Positions 28,376 through 38,621 of a stretch of DNA of 64,000 nt are shown in pieces. Within the stretch, counting starts at the first letter, position 1, and every line of letters begins with the position of its first letter. This DNA is from an uncultured Rhodobacter sp. (GTDB taxonomy: Bacteria > Pseudomonadota > Alphaproteobacteria > Rhodobacterales > Rhodobacteraceae). Made by a program: the position numbers and the translations under genes. The DNA lies in the NCBI GenBank assembly GCA_965199865.1, contig CBDATU010000007.1:211548-275547 (forward strand). Direction: 5' to 3'. The notes below the pieces were generated by a model. That model had not been told where the DNA came from. It did not search any database and saw only the letters and a list, made by a program, of their open reading frames with translations.

Positions 28376-29076
28376 CCGAGATGATCTTTCCCCCCCTGCT
28401 ATCGGGCCTGGCGGTGAGCGGCGCGATCGACCCCTTCGACACCGCCTGCTCGAAAGCTGATGTGGGCTGTGATGCCGGGCTGGTGGTGCATAATGTCGCC
28501 GCTGACCGCATGGGTGCCGCGCTCGTTTTCGCACCTGAAGTGTCGCTGTCGAAAGCCATGGCGATGCTGCCGCTCTGCGGCGTCGGGTTCCAGAACGCGC
28601 TCGGTGCGCTCGCACCGCCCGAGGTCGCGGTCCATCTTGACTGGTCGGGAGATATCAGGGTCAATGGGGCGAGATGCGGCCGCCTTCGGGCTGCGGCCGA
28701 CAGGGTCGATCCAGCCGAAGTGCCGGACTGGCTGGTTGTCGGCTTCGAAATCCAGCTGCTCCTGACCGCACGGAATCCGGACGACGCCGTGGACATAACC
28801 GCCCTATTCGAGGAGGGCTGCGCCGACATCGATCCGGCGGCCCTGGTCGAGAGCTGGGCCCGGCACACGCTGAACTGGATCAACCGTTGGGAGGATGGGG
28901 GAACAGGAGCGCTGCACACGGACTGGCGCGCGCTGGCCCATGGGATCGGCGAGGCCGTTCGGTTCAGGGATATGCACGGCACATTCGTGGGTATCGATGA
29001 GGACTTTGGCATGCTGCTGCGCGATGAAGAGACCACGCGCCTGATACCGCTCACGACACTTCTGGAGGCGTCATGA
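28372..29076 (+). CDS. biotin/lipoate protein ligase-like family protein (DUF4444-type)
   Basis: 234 aa, translationally coupled to apbC. The family call is from general sequence resemblance only; no hard motif was checked. Confidence 0.5.
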   Translation: MTEMIFPPLLSGLAVSGAIDPFDTACSKADVGCDAGLVVHNVAADRMGAALVFAPEVSLSKAMAMLPLCGVGFQNALGALAPPEVAVHLDWSGDIRVNGARCGRLRAAADRVDPAEVPDWLVVGFEIQLLLTARNPDDAVDITALFEEGCADIDPAALVESWARHTLNWINRWEDGGTGALHTDWRALAHGIGEAVRFRDMHGTFVGIDEDFGMLLRDEETTRLIPLTTLLEAS

Positions 29077-29552
29077 ACCTTGCCCGCGCGATCCATTTCG
29101 ACGAGAGCGACATGCGCGTCTACTCCGTGCCGGCCCGGACGGGTGAATGGTGCATTCCAGGCGGATTCGAGTTTTCGAACTGGACGGAAGCCGATCTTGC
29201 CGGAAAGGCCCGCCAGGCTTTCGCGAATGGCTGGTTCGGACTGGAGACGACCGGTCGGGTGACCTTCGTCGCTGTCACGCAGATCGAACCGGCGGAGTGT
29301 GAACGTCTCATCGACATGCTGGCGGCGCATTTCGTCACCTATTACAGCGCACCGGGCGTCGAGGCGGCACGGCCAGTTGCCGCCGAGGAGATGTACCATA
29401 TGGTGGATATCTGCGACGAGCACGCGGCCAACACCCTGCTAACGGTCTCGCGTGAGCTAACGGAAGCCGGTGTCCGCGAGGCGTTTCGCGTGATCGAGGC
29501 TCAAGAGGCGGGTCTGGAGCAGTTCGCCCTTCATGGTTCGCTGGACGAATGA
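29073..29552 (+). CDS. conserved hypothetical protein (DUF6505-like), coupled to the preceding gene
   Basis: 159 aa with an overlapping start/stop. No catalytic motif recognised. Confidence 0.45.
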   Translation: MNLARAIHFDESDMRVYSVPARTGEWCIPGGFEFSNWTEADLAGKARQAFANGWFGLETTGRVTFVAVTQIEPAECERLIDMLAAHFVTYYSAPGVEAARPVAAEEMYHMVDICDEHAANTLLTVSRELTEAGVREAFRVIEAQEAGLEQFALHGSLDE

Positions 29553-29599
29553 GGCGGCGCTCCTGGCCTGCCGCTTCAACCGCATACCGGATCGCCGCG

Positions 29600-30403
29600 C
29601 TATCGGGTTGCGTTGAACGTGAACAATGCCTCGCCATTGATCCGGTAACCGTTGATCAGCACCCTGGCCCTGTCCGAGATCAGCCAGTCGTGCAAAGCCG
29701 CTGCCAGGTCGGCCTTCAGATGCGGATGATGCGCCGGATTGACCTGTAGATAGGCATATTGATTGAAGAGGTCTGGATCGCCTTCAAACAGCAGGGCCTG
29801 ATCCGCCCTGTTCCTGAAATTGAGCCAGCTGGCACGATCGGCCAGGATATAGGCCCCCATGCCGGAGGCGATGTTCAGTGCCGTGCCCATCCCCGCACCG
29901 ACGACCCGGTACCAGGAACCGAACCCCTCTGGATCAAGGTCTGCGGTAGCCCAGAGGCTCAACTCCCTGGCATGGGTGCCACTGTCGTCACCGCGGCTCA
30001 CGAAGGGCACCTCTGCGGAAGCGATGGACCGCATCGCCTCACTCACCGTCTCTGCCTGGCCGATACCGGCCGCGTCACCGGCCGGACCCACAATGACAAA
30101 GTCATTATACATGATTTCCTGCCGGTGAAGCCCATATCCTGAGGCGACGAAGGCTTCCTCCGCCGCCTTCGAATGCACGAGCAGCGCGTCAACGTCCCCT
30201 GCCCTGCCAAGTCGGATGGCCTGGCCCGTACCGACGACCAGCAGCTGGACCTCCAGGCCCAGATCCTTCCAGATCTCGGGCAGGAGCACCTCGGCAAGTC
30301 CAGAATTGTGAAACGACGTGGTTACCGCCATCCGCATCGTGTCGGCCAACGCCACCTGGGCAAGGCCGAGCAGGGCCACAATGGTCAGAACAAGGCGCAT
30401 CAT
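29600..30403 (-). CDS. tupA: periplasmic tungstate/molybdate-type substrate-binding protein (TupA-like)
   Basis: Signal peptide, then MAVTTSFHNSGLAEVLLPEI (the TTS..SGL anion-binding motif of TupA). The start was moved to the ATG that overlaps the upstream stop (ATGA). Confidence 0.7.
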   Translation of the reverse strand: MMRLVLTIVALLGLAQVALADTMRMAVTTSFHNSGLAEVLLPEIWKDLGLEVQLLVVGTGQAIRLGRAGDVDALLVHSKAAEEAFVASGYGLHRQEIMYNDFVIVGPAGDAAGIGQAETVSEAMRSIASAEVPFVSRGDDSGTHARELSLWATADLDPEGFGSWYRVVGAGMGTALNIASGMGAYILADRASWLNFRNRADQALLFEGDPDLFNQYAYLQVNPAHHPHLKADLAAALHDWLISDRARVLINGYRINGEALFTFNATR

Positions 30404-31113
30404 TCGACGATATCCCCTCTCAGAAAGGCTGCGCATTCGGGAGTGCCGGGCGCTTCAAAGAACTCTTCGGTGATCCGGTGCTCATGCACCTGGCCCCGCA
30501 GGAGAAAGACCATGTCATGCGCCAGCCGACGGGCCTGGCCCAGGTTGTGCGTTGACATGATGAGCCGCTTGCCGGCTTCGGTCTGCGCCTGAAGAATGTC
30601 CTCGATCTCGCGCGTGGCGCGACCATCAAGCGCGGCGCAGGGCTCATCCAGAAACAGGACCGCGGGATCGCAGATCAGCGCCCGCGCCAGGGCAAGTTTC
30701 TGGCGTTCGCCGCCCGACAGGCCCTGCGCCTGCCGCTCCAGAGTGTCTTCCAGGCCGACGCTGACGGCCATCCTTTCCGCGGCGAGATGCGCGTCGCGAC
30801 GCGCGTGACCACGCAGACGCAGGGGGAATGCCAGATTGTCCCGAACGCTTCGCCGCATGATGATCGGAGTCTGAAACACGAAAGCCTGGCGCCGCTGCGC
30901 CTCTTCCGTCGGACAGGCCCAGGCCATGCGGCCCCGGCTCAATCGCCCGATTCCGTGCATCAGCCGCAGCAGGCTAGTCTTTCCGGAGCCGTTTGGGCCG
31001 ACGATCACCGTCGTTCCGGCACCTGTCAGCTCGAGGTCGATCGGCCCGACAAGCTTGCGGCCGGAACGTCTCATTTCGGCCCCTTCGAGCCGCAGTGGGA
31101 ACAGCGCGGTCAC
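30400..31113 (-). CDS. tupC: ABC transporter ATP-binding protein (TupC-like)
   Basis: Walker A GPNGSGKTS, signature LSGGERQK, Walker B LFLDEP. Confidence 0.75.
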   Translation of the reverse strand: MTALFPLRLEGAEMRRSGRKLVGPIDLELTGAGTTVIVGPNGSGKTSLLRLMHGIGRLSRGRMAWACPTEEAQRRQAFVFQTPIIMRRSVRDNLAFPLRLRGHARRDAHLAAERMAVSVGLEDTLERQAQGLSGGERQKLALARALICDPAVLFLDEPCAALDGRATREIEDILQAQTEAGKRLIMSTHNLGQARRLAHDMVFLLRGQVHEHRITEEFFEAPGTPECAAFLRGDIVE

Positions 31114-31814
31114 CAGCGGCCTTCGCGTTCCGTCCGGGCCAGGGTGTGGATGGCCAGGTTCACGGCCACCGCGAGGGCGATCAGCACGAAGCCCAGCCCC
31201 AGGGCCAGACCAAAGTCACCCCGCCCCGTCTCCAGGGCGATCGCCGTTGTCAGTACGCGGGTTGCGTTATCGATGTTTCCACCGACGATCATGATCGCGC
31301 CGACCTCACCGATTCCGCGGCCAAACCCCGCCAGCGAGGCCGTCAGCAGGGGTCGGCGCCCATCCCAGATCAGGGTGAGGATCTTCTGCCGCTGCGTGGC
31401 GCCGAGAGAGATCATCAGGTCGCGGTAATCGTTCCAGATTTCCCGGATGGTCTGATGGGTGATCGAGGCGATGAGCGGGACCATGATGATTGTCTGCGCG
31501 ATGATCATCGCCGTTGGCGAGAACAGGAGGCCCAGCACACCCAGCGGGCCGGACCGGGAGAGGAGCACATAGACGATCAGACCAACGACAACGGGGGGAA
31601 GCCCCATCAGGGCGTTGAGGACACCAACGACCAGGCGACGATAGCGGAACCGCCTGATGGCGAGGAAGGTGCCCAGGGGCATGGCGATGGCCGATGCGAT
31701 GACCAGCGCGGTCATCGTCACATGAAGCGAGCGTAGGGTGATTTCCACGAGGTCTGGATCAAGCGTCACCAGAAGCCGCAGCGCGGTGGCGAGTCCCGCT
31801 CCCAATTCGTTCAT
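31110..31814 (-). CDS. tupB: ABC transporter permease (TupB-like)
   Basis: 234 aa with multiple TM helices. First gene of the permease-ATPase-binding protein operon. Confidence 0.7.
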   Translation of the reverse strand: MNELGAGLATALRLLVTLDPDLVEITLRSLHVTMTALVIASAIAMPLGTFLAIRRFRYRRLVVGVLNALMGLPPVVVGLIVYVLLSRSGPLGVLGLLFSPTAMIIAQTIIMVPLIASITHQTIREIWNDYRDLMISLGATQRQKILTLIWDGRRPLLTASLAGFGRGIGEVGAIMIVGGNIDNATRVLTTAIALETGRGDFGLALGLGFVLIALAVAVNLAIHTLARTEREGRW

Positions 31815-32906
31815 CGTCCTTCCTTTCGACCGACCCAGGGTCCGTGTTTGAGAATTCCCGCCTGCAGCCCTGGATGCATCAACTACCCCGGTTTCTCCGG
31901 CCGGGCCATGCTGTCATCACGAAACTGGGCGGAGGAGCGATCGTGTAGCCCTTTCAGGCGCCAATTCGTCGATGCGGATGAAGGTGGCAGCATCCGCAAT
32001 CCGATTCAACCCGGTTCTGATGCATCGGGATCTCAAGTAAGGTCTGTCCTGTCCGCTTCATAAAACCGGGAATTGGGTGGTCGGCCCCTGTCAGCATGTC
32101 ATTGCCGAGTAAGGGGATACCCTGTCCGATGACGGCCCGGAAGGTGGCGGTTTCCTGGAGAGGACATTTCATTCCGTTACCCGATCATTCGGTTTCCGGC
32201 CGGGTTGGCGTTTCGTGATCGCAATACTGGATGAGTCCGATGGCTTCCGACAGTCGGGCAGGGATGCCTGCGTAACGAACCCCTTCCCGATAACGGTGCC
32301 AACGCTTGCCAGAACACCGACAGGCGCCTCCTGAAGACGCTGCAGGGCCCGTTCCTGACCAGCAGGTGGTGGTGTTCGGCACCAATGAGAATGACCGCGC
32401 TGGGGTCAGGGCGGTTTCGCCCTCGCGCTGGACGGCGCGGCGGAGGTGGCGGTGTGCACCGTGCTGCTGGTGGCGCATCCGTTATGGTCGGGAACCGTAG
32501 GGAACGGCGGCAATGGAACAAGCGGCTCGACCGACTGGAGGAATAGCGTCCGTGCGCTGCCGCTCCTGGAAACCGTCAGCACGGAACTGACGCCCGACGG
32601 GAATGGCGGGATGGCGACAGCGCCGGCACTGATCATGGGCAGGCTGAGTTACGCGCCGGCGGGCGGGCGGCTCTGGCTGAAACGGCACTGGGAGTCGGAT
32701 GGGGTTCAGCTGGCCTGGATCTTGACGATAAGGGAGGACGCGGCGGCGGCTCACGGGCAGACCGTGTCGTGACCATGTCATCCGGTATCCGCCCCCGATG
32801 CCGAACCCCTCGCACACCGCGACACCTCACGGACCATGCGCGGCCGCGCGGCGCATGTCACTTGTCCGTGGTTCACACGGCGGGGTGGTGATGATACCCG
32901 ATTCGC

Positions 32907-33386
32907 ATGCAGGTCGGGATGCGTCATTTCAGGGAGGGAACGGTCGAGTGGCTGAGGTCGATGGCGGCGACGGGAGCCAGCCGTTCCGCCATGGCCGGGG
33001 GCCTGTGCGAACGCGAGGGCTGGACCAACGCCGCCGGAGCGCCGTGCCTCGCCTCCGCCCGGCTGGCCCTGCCGAAGATCGCGGAGCGCTACGGCATCGC
33101 CCTGCCGTCGGCGGGCCGGCCTCCGCCCGGTCGTCGCGGGCCGCTGCCGGACCATCCCGACATCCACTTCTCCGGCACGCTCACGGAGCTCGGCGGTGTC
33201 GGCCTGGAGATGGCGGAGACGGCGGAGCAGCGGCGCGCCCTGCGGGGGATGATGGAGAGCCACCATCCCCGGGGCGACCCGTCCAATCCCGGCGCGCTCC
33301 TCTTCTACTGGATCGGCAGCGAACGCCTGGGGCGCGTCGGCGGGCTCCGTTTCCACGCGGCCAACTGGCACCAGAGGGCCCGGGAC
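32907..33386 (+). pseudogene. N-terminal fragment of the ISa-prime transposase
   Basis: Same architecture as 10900-11376. I count roughly 25 amino-acid differences in ~165 residues. It ends at the ISb-prime target duplication. Confidence 0.8.
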
Positions 33387-35717
33387 CTGTCACTGCCGCA
33401 TACTTGACTAGAGATCGGATCCATGCGAATCGGGGACCATGTATATCGGTCTCAGACAGATTTCCCCTGCCACGGTCGAGTGGCTCGGGAACGAATGCCT
33501 CCGCGGCGGCGTCACGCGTTCGGGCCTCGCCCGCGAGCTGAGCGGCCGGGAGGGTTGGCTGACCCACGACGGGAGGCCGTCGACGGTCACCGGGATGCGG
33601 GTCCTTCCCCTGCTCGCGGAGGAGCTCGGCCTGACGCTGCCGGAGGCGGCGCCGCGCTTCGCGTCGTCCAACGGGCGACCGGCCGCCGACGACCCTGGCG
33701 GCGCCCCGGTCGAGTGCGCTCTGGACGCGCTCGGCGGGGTCCGGCTGGAGCCGTTGGCGGAGGCGGACCGCCGCGGCTGGGAGTCGATGATGGAGACGCA
33801 CCATCCGGAGGGCTGGCGGCGGGCTCCGGGAGGGCAGCTGCGGTACTGGATCGTGAGCGGCGCGCAGGGGCGGCTCGGCGGTCTGGGCTTCGTTCCGGCG
33901 TCCTGCCAGCTGGGGCCTCGGGACGACGCCATCGGCTGGTCGGCGCGGGCGCGGATCGCGAACATGGGTCTGGTCCTTAACAACCACCGCTTCCTGATCA
34001 GGCCGTCGGTGAGGGTCCACGGCCTCGCCTCCCTGGCGCTGCGGCTGGCGGCGGATCGCGTGGCGGACGACTGGCAGGCCCTCTACGGCGTCCGTCCGGC
34101 GCTCGTCTACACCATCGTCGGTCCGGACCACGCCGGGACGGGTTACAGGGCGGCGGGCTGGGAGAGATGTCCCGGCCTGACCTCCGGGCGGCGTTCGGGC
34201 ATCCGTCGCAGCGTGTGGACGCTGCCGCTGCGGCCGGACTGGCGGAAGGTTCTCCAGGCGGAGCCGGAGCGCAGGCTCGGGCATACCGGACCGCTGCACC
34301 GCGGGGGCGACTGGGCGGAGCGGGAATACGCGCGGAGCAGCCATCCGGACGGCCGGGTCCGCCGCCGGATCGCCGCGATGGGAGCGGCCTGGACCAGGAA
34401 GCTCGGTGCGCCGGTGCCGGAGCTGTTTCCGGGCAGGGCGGAGCAGGAGGCGGCTTACAGGCTGCTCTCGAACGCTGGGGTGACCATGGACGACATACTC
34501 GAGCCCCACCTGGAGGCGACGGTGGAGCGCTGCCGCCTGGAGCCGGTGATCCTGGCTGTCCAGGACACGACGGCGCTGAACTACGGCACCCTGGCGGCGA
34601 CGTCCGGGCTGGACGGGCTCGGCGGCGGCGGAAAGGGCACCGACGGCATCCTCGCCCACTGCGGCGTGGCACTGAACGGCAGCGGACGCCCGCTCGGGCT
34701 GTTCACGCTCGACGCGGACTTCCGGCGGCGGCCGGACAGGGACAGCGCCCGCTGGATCGACGGGCTGCGGCGGGCCGGAGAGCTCGCGGAGGCCTGCCCG
34801 GACGCGAAGGTCGTGAGCGTCTGTGACCGCGAAGGCGACTTCTGGGCCCTTCTCCGCGAAGCGGACAGGACCGGCGCCGCGCTGCTGGTGCGGGCGAGCC
34901 GCTCGGCGAAGCGGCGCGTGGCGCTGCCCGACGGCGACGAAAGGTGCCTGTGGGAGCATGTCGCCGCGCTGGAGCCGGTCGGCCACCGCAGGATCACCGT
35001 TCCCGAACGCGGCGGGCCGAAGGCCCGGAAAGCGCGCGTCGCCACGCTGACGCTGCGCTGCGCGGAACTGGACATCGCGGCGCCGAGGGACGCGGGGGAC
35101 AGGCGCCCGCTGCCCGTGACGGTGGTCTCCGCCATCGAGGAGAACCCGCCGAAGCGCGTCGCGAAGGGAGGGGAGGCGCTGCACTGGATGCTCCTGTCCA
35201 ACGAGGGCGGCGACGGCATGCGGACGGCGGAGACCGCCCTGAGGCGCTACGAACTGCGCTGGCGCATCGAGGAATACTTCAGGGCCCTGAAGACGGGGAC
35301 GAGGATAAAGGACCGCAGGCTCGACGCCGCCGACGACCTGCGCAGATGCCTCGCCTTCGACGCGATAACCGCGTTCCGGGTCTGGGACCTCCAGCTTCTG
35401 GCGCGGGAGAGCCCCGACAGCCCGGCGGACCGCCATGTCAGCCCGGAAAGCGTCGAGGCGGTGGTCATTCACGCCGCGTATGAGCGCGTCATCGGCCAGA
35501 GGGCGCCGCCGGAGCCGGACATGAGCGTGGCGCGCTACGTCACGCTCGTCGCCGGCCTCGCCGGGTTCCGCCCGACGAAGCGCCAGCCCCTGCCCGGAAC
35601 CCAGAAGCTATGGCAGGGCCTGCGCATCCTCAACGTCGCGGAAACCCATGCCAGGGCCATACGGGCCCGGACGGAGCGGAGAAGGGAATGAGCCGGTCAA
35701 GTATGTGGTAGTGACAG
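33387..35717 (+). mobile_element. ISb-prime: second 2331-bp copy of the IS50-like element, in the same site and with the same 9-bp duplication
   Basis: Ends are CTGTCACTGCCGCATACTTGAC and GTCAAGTATGTGGTAGTGACAG. Flanking direct repeat GCCCGGGAC (33378-33386 and 35718-35726) is the reverse complement of GTCCCGGGC. Confidence 0.9.
33439..35691 (+). CDS. intact 750-aa DUF4338-Tn5-like transposase (second copy)
   Basis: Differs from the 8595-10847 product at only 9 positions by my count, all in the N-terminal ~440 residues. Confidence 0.9.
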   Translation: MYIGLRQISPATVEWLGNECLRGGVTRSGLARELSGREGWLTHDGRPSTVTGMRVLPLLAEELGLTLPEAAPRFASSNGRPAADDPGGAPVECALDALGGVRLEPLAEADRRGWESMMETHHPEGWRRAPGGQLRYWIVSGAQGRLGGLGFVPASCQLGPRDDAIGWSARARIANMGLVLNNHRFLIRPSVRVHGLASLALRLAADRVADDWQALYGVRPALVYTIVGPDHAGTGYRAAGWERCPGLTSGRRSGIRRSVWTLPLRPDWRKVLQAEPERRLGHTGPLHRGGDWAEREYARSSHPDGRVRRRIAAMGAAWTRKLGAPVPELFPGRAEQEAAYRLLSNAGVTMDDILEPHLEATVERCRLEPVILAVQDTTALNYGTLAATSGLDGLGGGGKGTDGILAHCGVALNGSGRPLGLFTLDADFRRRPDRDSARWIDGLRRAGELAEACPDAKVVSVCDREGDFWALLREADRTGAALLVRASRSAKRRVALPDGDERCLWEHVAALEPVGHRRITVPERGGPKARKARVATLTLRCAELDIAAPRDAGDRRPLPVTVVSAIEENPPKRVAKGGEALHWMLLSNEGGDGMRTAETALRRYELRWRIEEYFRALKTGTRIKDRRLDAADDLRRCLAFDAITAFRVWDLQLLARESPDSPADRHVSPESVEAVVIHAAYERVIGQRAPPEPDMSVARYVTLVAGLAGFRPTKRQPLPGTQKLWQGLRILNVAETHARAIRARTERRRE

Positions 35718-35756
35718 GCCCGGGACGCCTACATCGGCTGGAGCGGCCGGGAGCGG

Positions 35757-37436
35757 ATGGCGAAGCTGGGGCTGCTGGTCCAGAACTCCAGGTTCCTGAT
35801 CCTGCCGGGCGTGGAGGTCCCGCACCTGGCGAGCCACGTTCTGGGTCTGGCGGCGCGGCGCCTCCCCGATGACTGGGAGAGGCTGCACGGCGTCCGTCCG
35901 GCGATGGCCTTCACCCATGTCGGCGCGGAGCGCGCCGGCACGGCCTACGCGGCGGCCGGATGGGAGTTCGCCGGGCCCACCTCCGGCCGTCCGCCCGGCC
36001 ACCGCCGGGAGGGAGCGGAGGCCTGCGGCGTCTGGATGAGGCCGCTGGATCCGGACTGGCGCGACCGCATGTGCCGCGGGCCGCGGACGCCGCGCTGGCT
36101 GGGCCCGGCCCCGGCGATCCCTGAGGACGCCGACTGGGCGGAGCTGGAGTTCGGCCTGTGCGGCCACGCCGACAGCAGGGTGCGCGACCGGATCCTGGCC
36201 ATGGCCAGGGCCTGGGAGACCCGGCCCGGCGAGCCGGTTTCCGTCGTGTTTCCCGACAGGAAGGACCGGAAGGCGGCCACGGGCTGCTTTCCAACCCCAG
36301 GGTGAGCATGGACGACATCATCGAGAGCCACCGCATGGCCACCTTGTGGCGCTGCCGCGCCGAAAGGGAGGTTCTGGCCATCCAGGACACCACGATGCTG
36401 GACTTTTCCGGCCTGAAGGGCTCCACGGGCGGCCTGGCGAAGCTCGGCGGCGGCGGATCGGGCAGCGTCGGCAATCCCGGCGCACGTGACGCTGGCGGTG
36501 TCGGCCTCGGGCTGCTGGCCATCGACGCCGGCTTCCGGGAGGGCGTCACCGTGAAGGCCGACCGCAGGCGCGAAGACACGGGGCGGGCGGAGACGGAGAC
36601 GCCCGACGGTGGCAGCGGGAGCCGCCGCTGGCTGGAGGGCCTGGCCCTGGCGCAGGAGGTCGGGAGGACCAGCCCTGGAACGCGGATGGTCACCGTCTGC
36701 GACCGCGAGGGCGACATATGGGACATGTTCGAGGCCCAGGCGGAGGACCCCGCCGCGGCCGGGCTGCTGGTGCGCTCCAGCGCCCCGCCCCGCCGCTCCG
36801 TCATCGCCGGCGGTGAGGTGGTGGACCTCATGGAGCACGTCTCCGGGCTGCCCGCCGCCGGGACGCGCACCGTCCACGTCGCCGCCCGCGGCGGGATCAC
36901 CGGGTCGCGTGGGCGCAAGGCCGTGAGGGCCCGCCCGGCGCGGACCGCGGAGACGGAGATCCGCGTCGCACGCGTCGAGCTGAAGGCCCCCGGACGGAGC
37001 CGCCAGACCCTGCCGGTCACCGCGGTGCTCGCCAGCGAGACCACCGCGCCGCCGAAGGGCGGCCGGCGGCTGTCCTGGCTGCTGCTGTCCAGCGACGCGG
37101 AGCCCGACCTCCAGGACGCCATCGACACCGTCAGGCGCTACGAAACAGGATGGACCATCGAGGAATATTTCAGGACGCTGAAACAGTGCACCCGCATCGA
37201 GGACCGTCGCCTCGACGAAGCCGACGACCTGCGCAGGTGCCCCGCCCTTCGACGGCCTCACCATCCGCGAGGCCGCCATCGACATCGGCCGTTACGTCGG
37301 CTTCATCCCCTCGAAACGCCAGCCCCTGCCGGGAACGGAGAAAATGTGGAAAGGCATGAAATACCTGCTGCTGGCAACGGAGATGTACAGGGCGATGAGG
37401 GAATGGGCGGATCCTCCCGAGTCACCAGAGGGATAG
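35757..37436 (+). pseudogene. C-terminal part of the ISa-prime transposase, with a frameshift (~36290) and an internal deletion (~37241-37256)
   Basis: Colinear with 6658-8529 (MAKLGLLVQNSRFLILPG...). The frame breaks after ...VVFPDRKD. About 55 codons between DDLRRC and FDG.TIREAAIDIGRY are missing. Confidence 0.75.
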
Positions 37437-38621
37437 TGACAGGCGCGGCGCGGCGCCATGCTCTTTCCGGCCACCATGTGGCTGGTCCCTCCGACAGGCC
37501 TGCTCACCTCGGCCAGCGGTTCCGGGGTCGCCAGCGACACGTTGTCCACCATGCGCTGGTCTTTCAGTCTGTCCCGCTCCCTGTCGCCGAACCCCATCAT
37601 TGCGCGGGTCGTCCAGGGCTCCATCCCGGGTCGACCGACGCGGCGGCTCTTTCCCGGCAGGATCATCCGGTTGAGCGGTTCGAAACGCCGTTCGCGGGTC
37701 TGTGACCCGCAGTTCGGTCTCGAAGATCAGCCTGTTGCAATTCGATCCGCCATCGCCGTCGCTTGGCGGAAGCTCCATCCCGCCTCCGGTAAGATGGCGC
37801 TGCGCCTGGATTCCCCGCTATCCTGCCTTCGGATTCGCAGCTCCGCTGCAGCCCGGCTCTCTGTTCTCTCTTTCGCGCGTTTTACCTCTCACCGTTCCAG
37901 CCAAGTCGCCGGAGAGATGGGCTCCTATAAATTCCAGATTCCTAGGATATGGTCGCTGTGTCAGTATTGATGAGGTTTCATCAGGACCCGCCTGCGACCG
38001 CGTATTTCCCGCATGCGATCAGCCCTGATCACGAAAAAGGGCCCCGGAAGAACGCATCATTTCGAGCATGCTCCCGTCAATGACTGCGAGACCGCCGGTG
38101 AGACGACGCCTCACCTAGCGGCGATAGGGATTCTCCAGGACCGGCACGGGCCATGGCTGCCGGCCCGTATGGGTAAACATACCCGGCCGTGCACCGGATC
38201 CGTGCGCCGGAGTTCCATGTGGCGTGAAATGCCGGGCCGGGTGAATGGCCCCGTTTTCCCGGAACGGAAGGCTGCTGCCGATGGCGTCGCGGTGGAAGTG
38301 GATCCTGGTGACGGAAGACCCGACGTCATGTTCAGGCGTGACGGACACCAGCCGCTGATCGGGATCGGGGTGACGCGTCAGGTGGATGACGGAAGACGCG
38401 ATCGCATGCGCATGCGACGGGCGGAGATTCCCGGACCGGTCCGTCGGCTGTGGGAACCGGCATATGGGCCGGTCCCCGATCATTCACGGGATACGCCATC
38501 CGATGGACGTTTCCGGGACACTGCCCGAATGTGCCCCCACTTGCTGGAACCGGGACGGAATGATAGTTTTCATATGAAAAAGGCGCACTCACCAGACCTT
38601 TCCAATGACTGACGGGGAAAG

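Larger units (their letters stand above)
32855..37442 (+). mobile_element. second, degraded copy of the nested structure ('ISa-prime' carrying 'ISb-prime'), inverted relative to 6652-11428, with its own 9-bp target duplication
   Basis: Ends are ATGTCACTTGTCC (32855) and GGATAGTGACAG (37442). Direct repeat GCGCGGCGC occurs at 32846-32854 and 37443-37451. Confidence 0.8.

Noticed and set aside
28356-29423. 355-aa minus-strand ORF.
   Set aside because: It is antisense to two translationally coupled plus-strand genes downstream of apbC. The product is Ser/Ala/Arg-rich, so it is a shadow frame.
6652-37442. The whole 30.8-kb interval interpreted as one composite transposon.
   Set aside because: Each flanking IS structure carries its own matching 9-bp duplication (GTCCGGGGC pair, GCGCGGCGC pair), and the outer flanks do not match each other. 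The two insertions were therefore independent events.
37990-38620. ORFs 38013-38612 (+), 38115-38483 (-) and 38332-38631 (-), considered as a gene or as a degraded amidohydrolase-like gene.
   Set aside because: The plus-strand product looks non-protein-like. The minus-strand pieces (MKTIIPSRFQQVGAHSGSVPE..., ..RLVSVTPEHD.., ..LENPYRR) only vaguely recall N-formylglutamate amidohydrolases and would need at least two frameshifts. The evidence is too weak to annotate.
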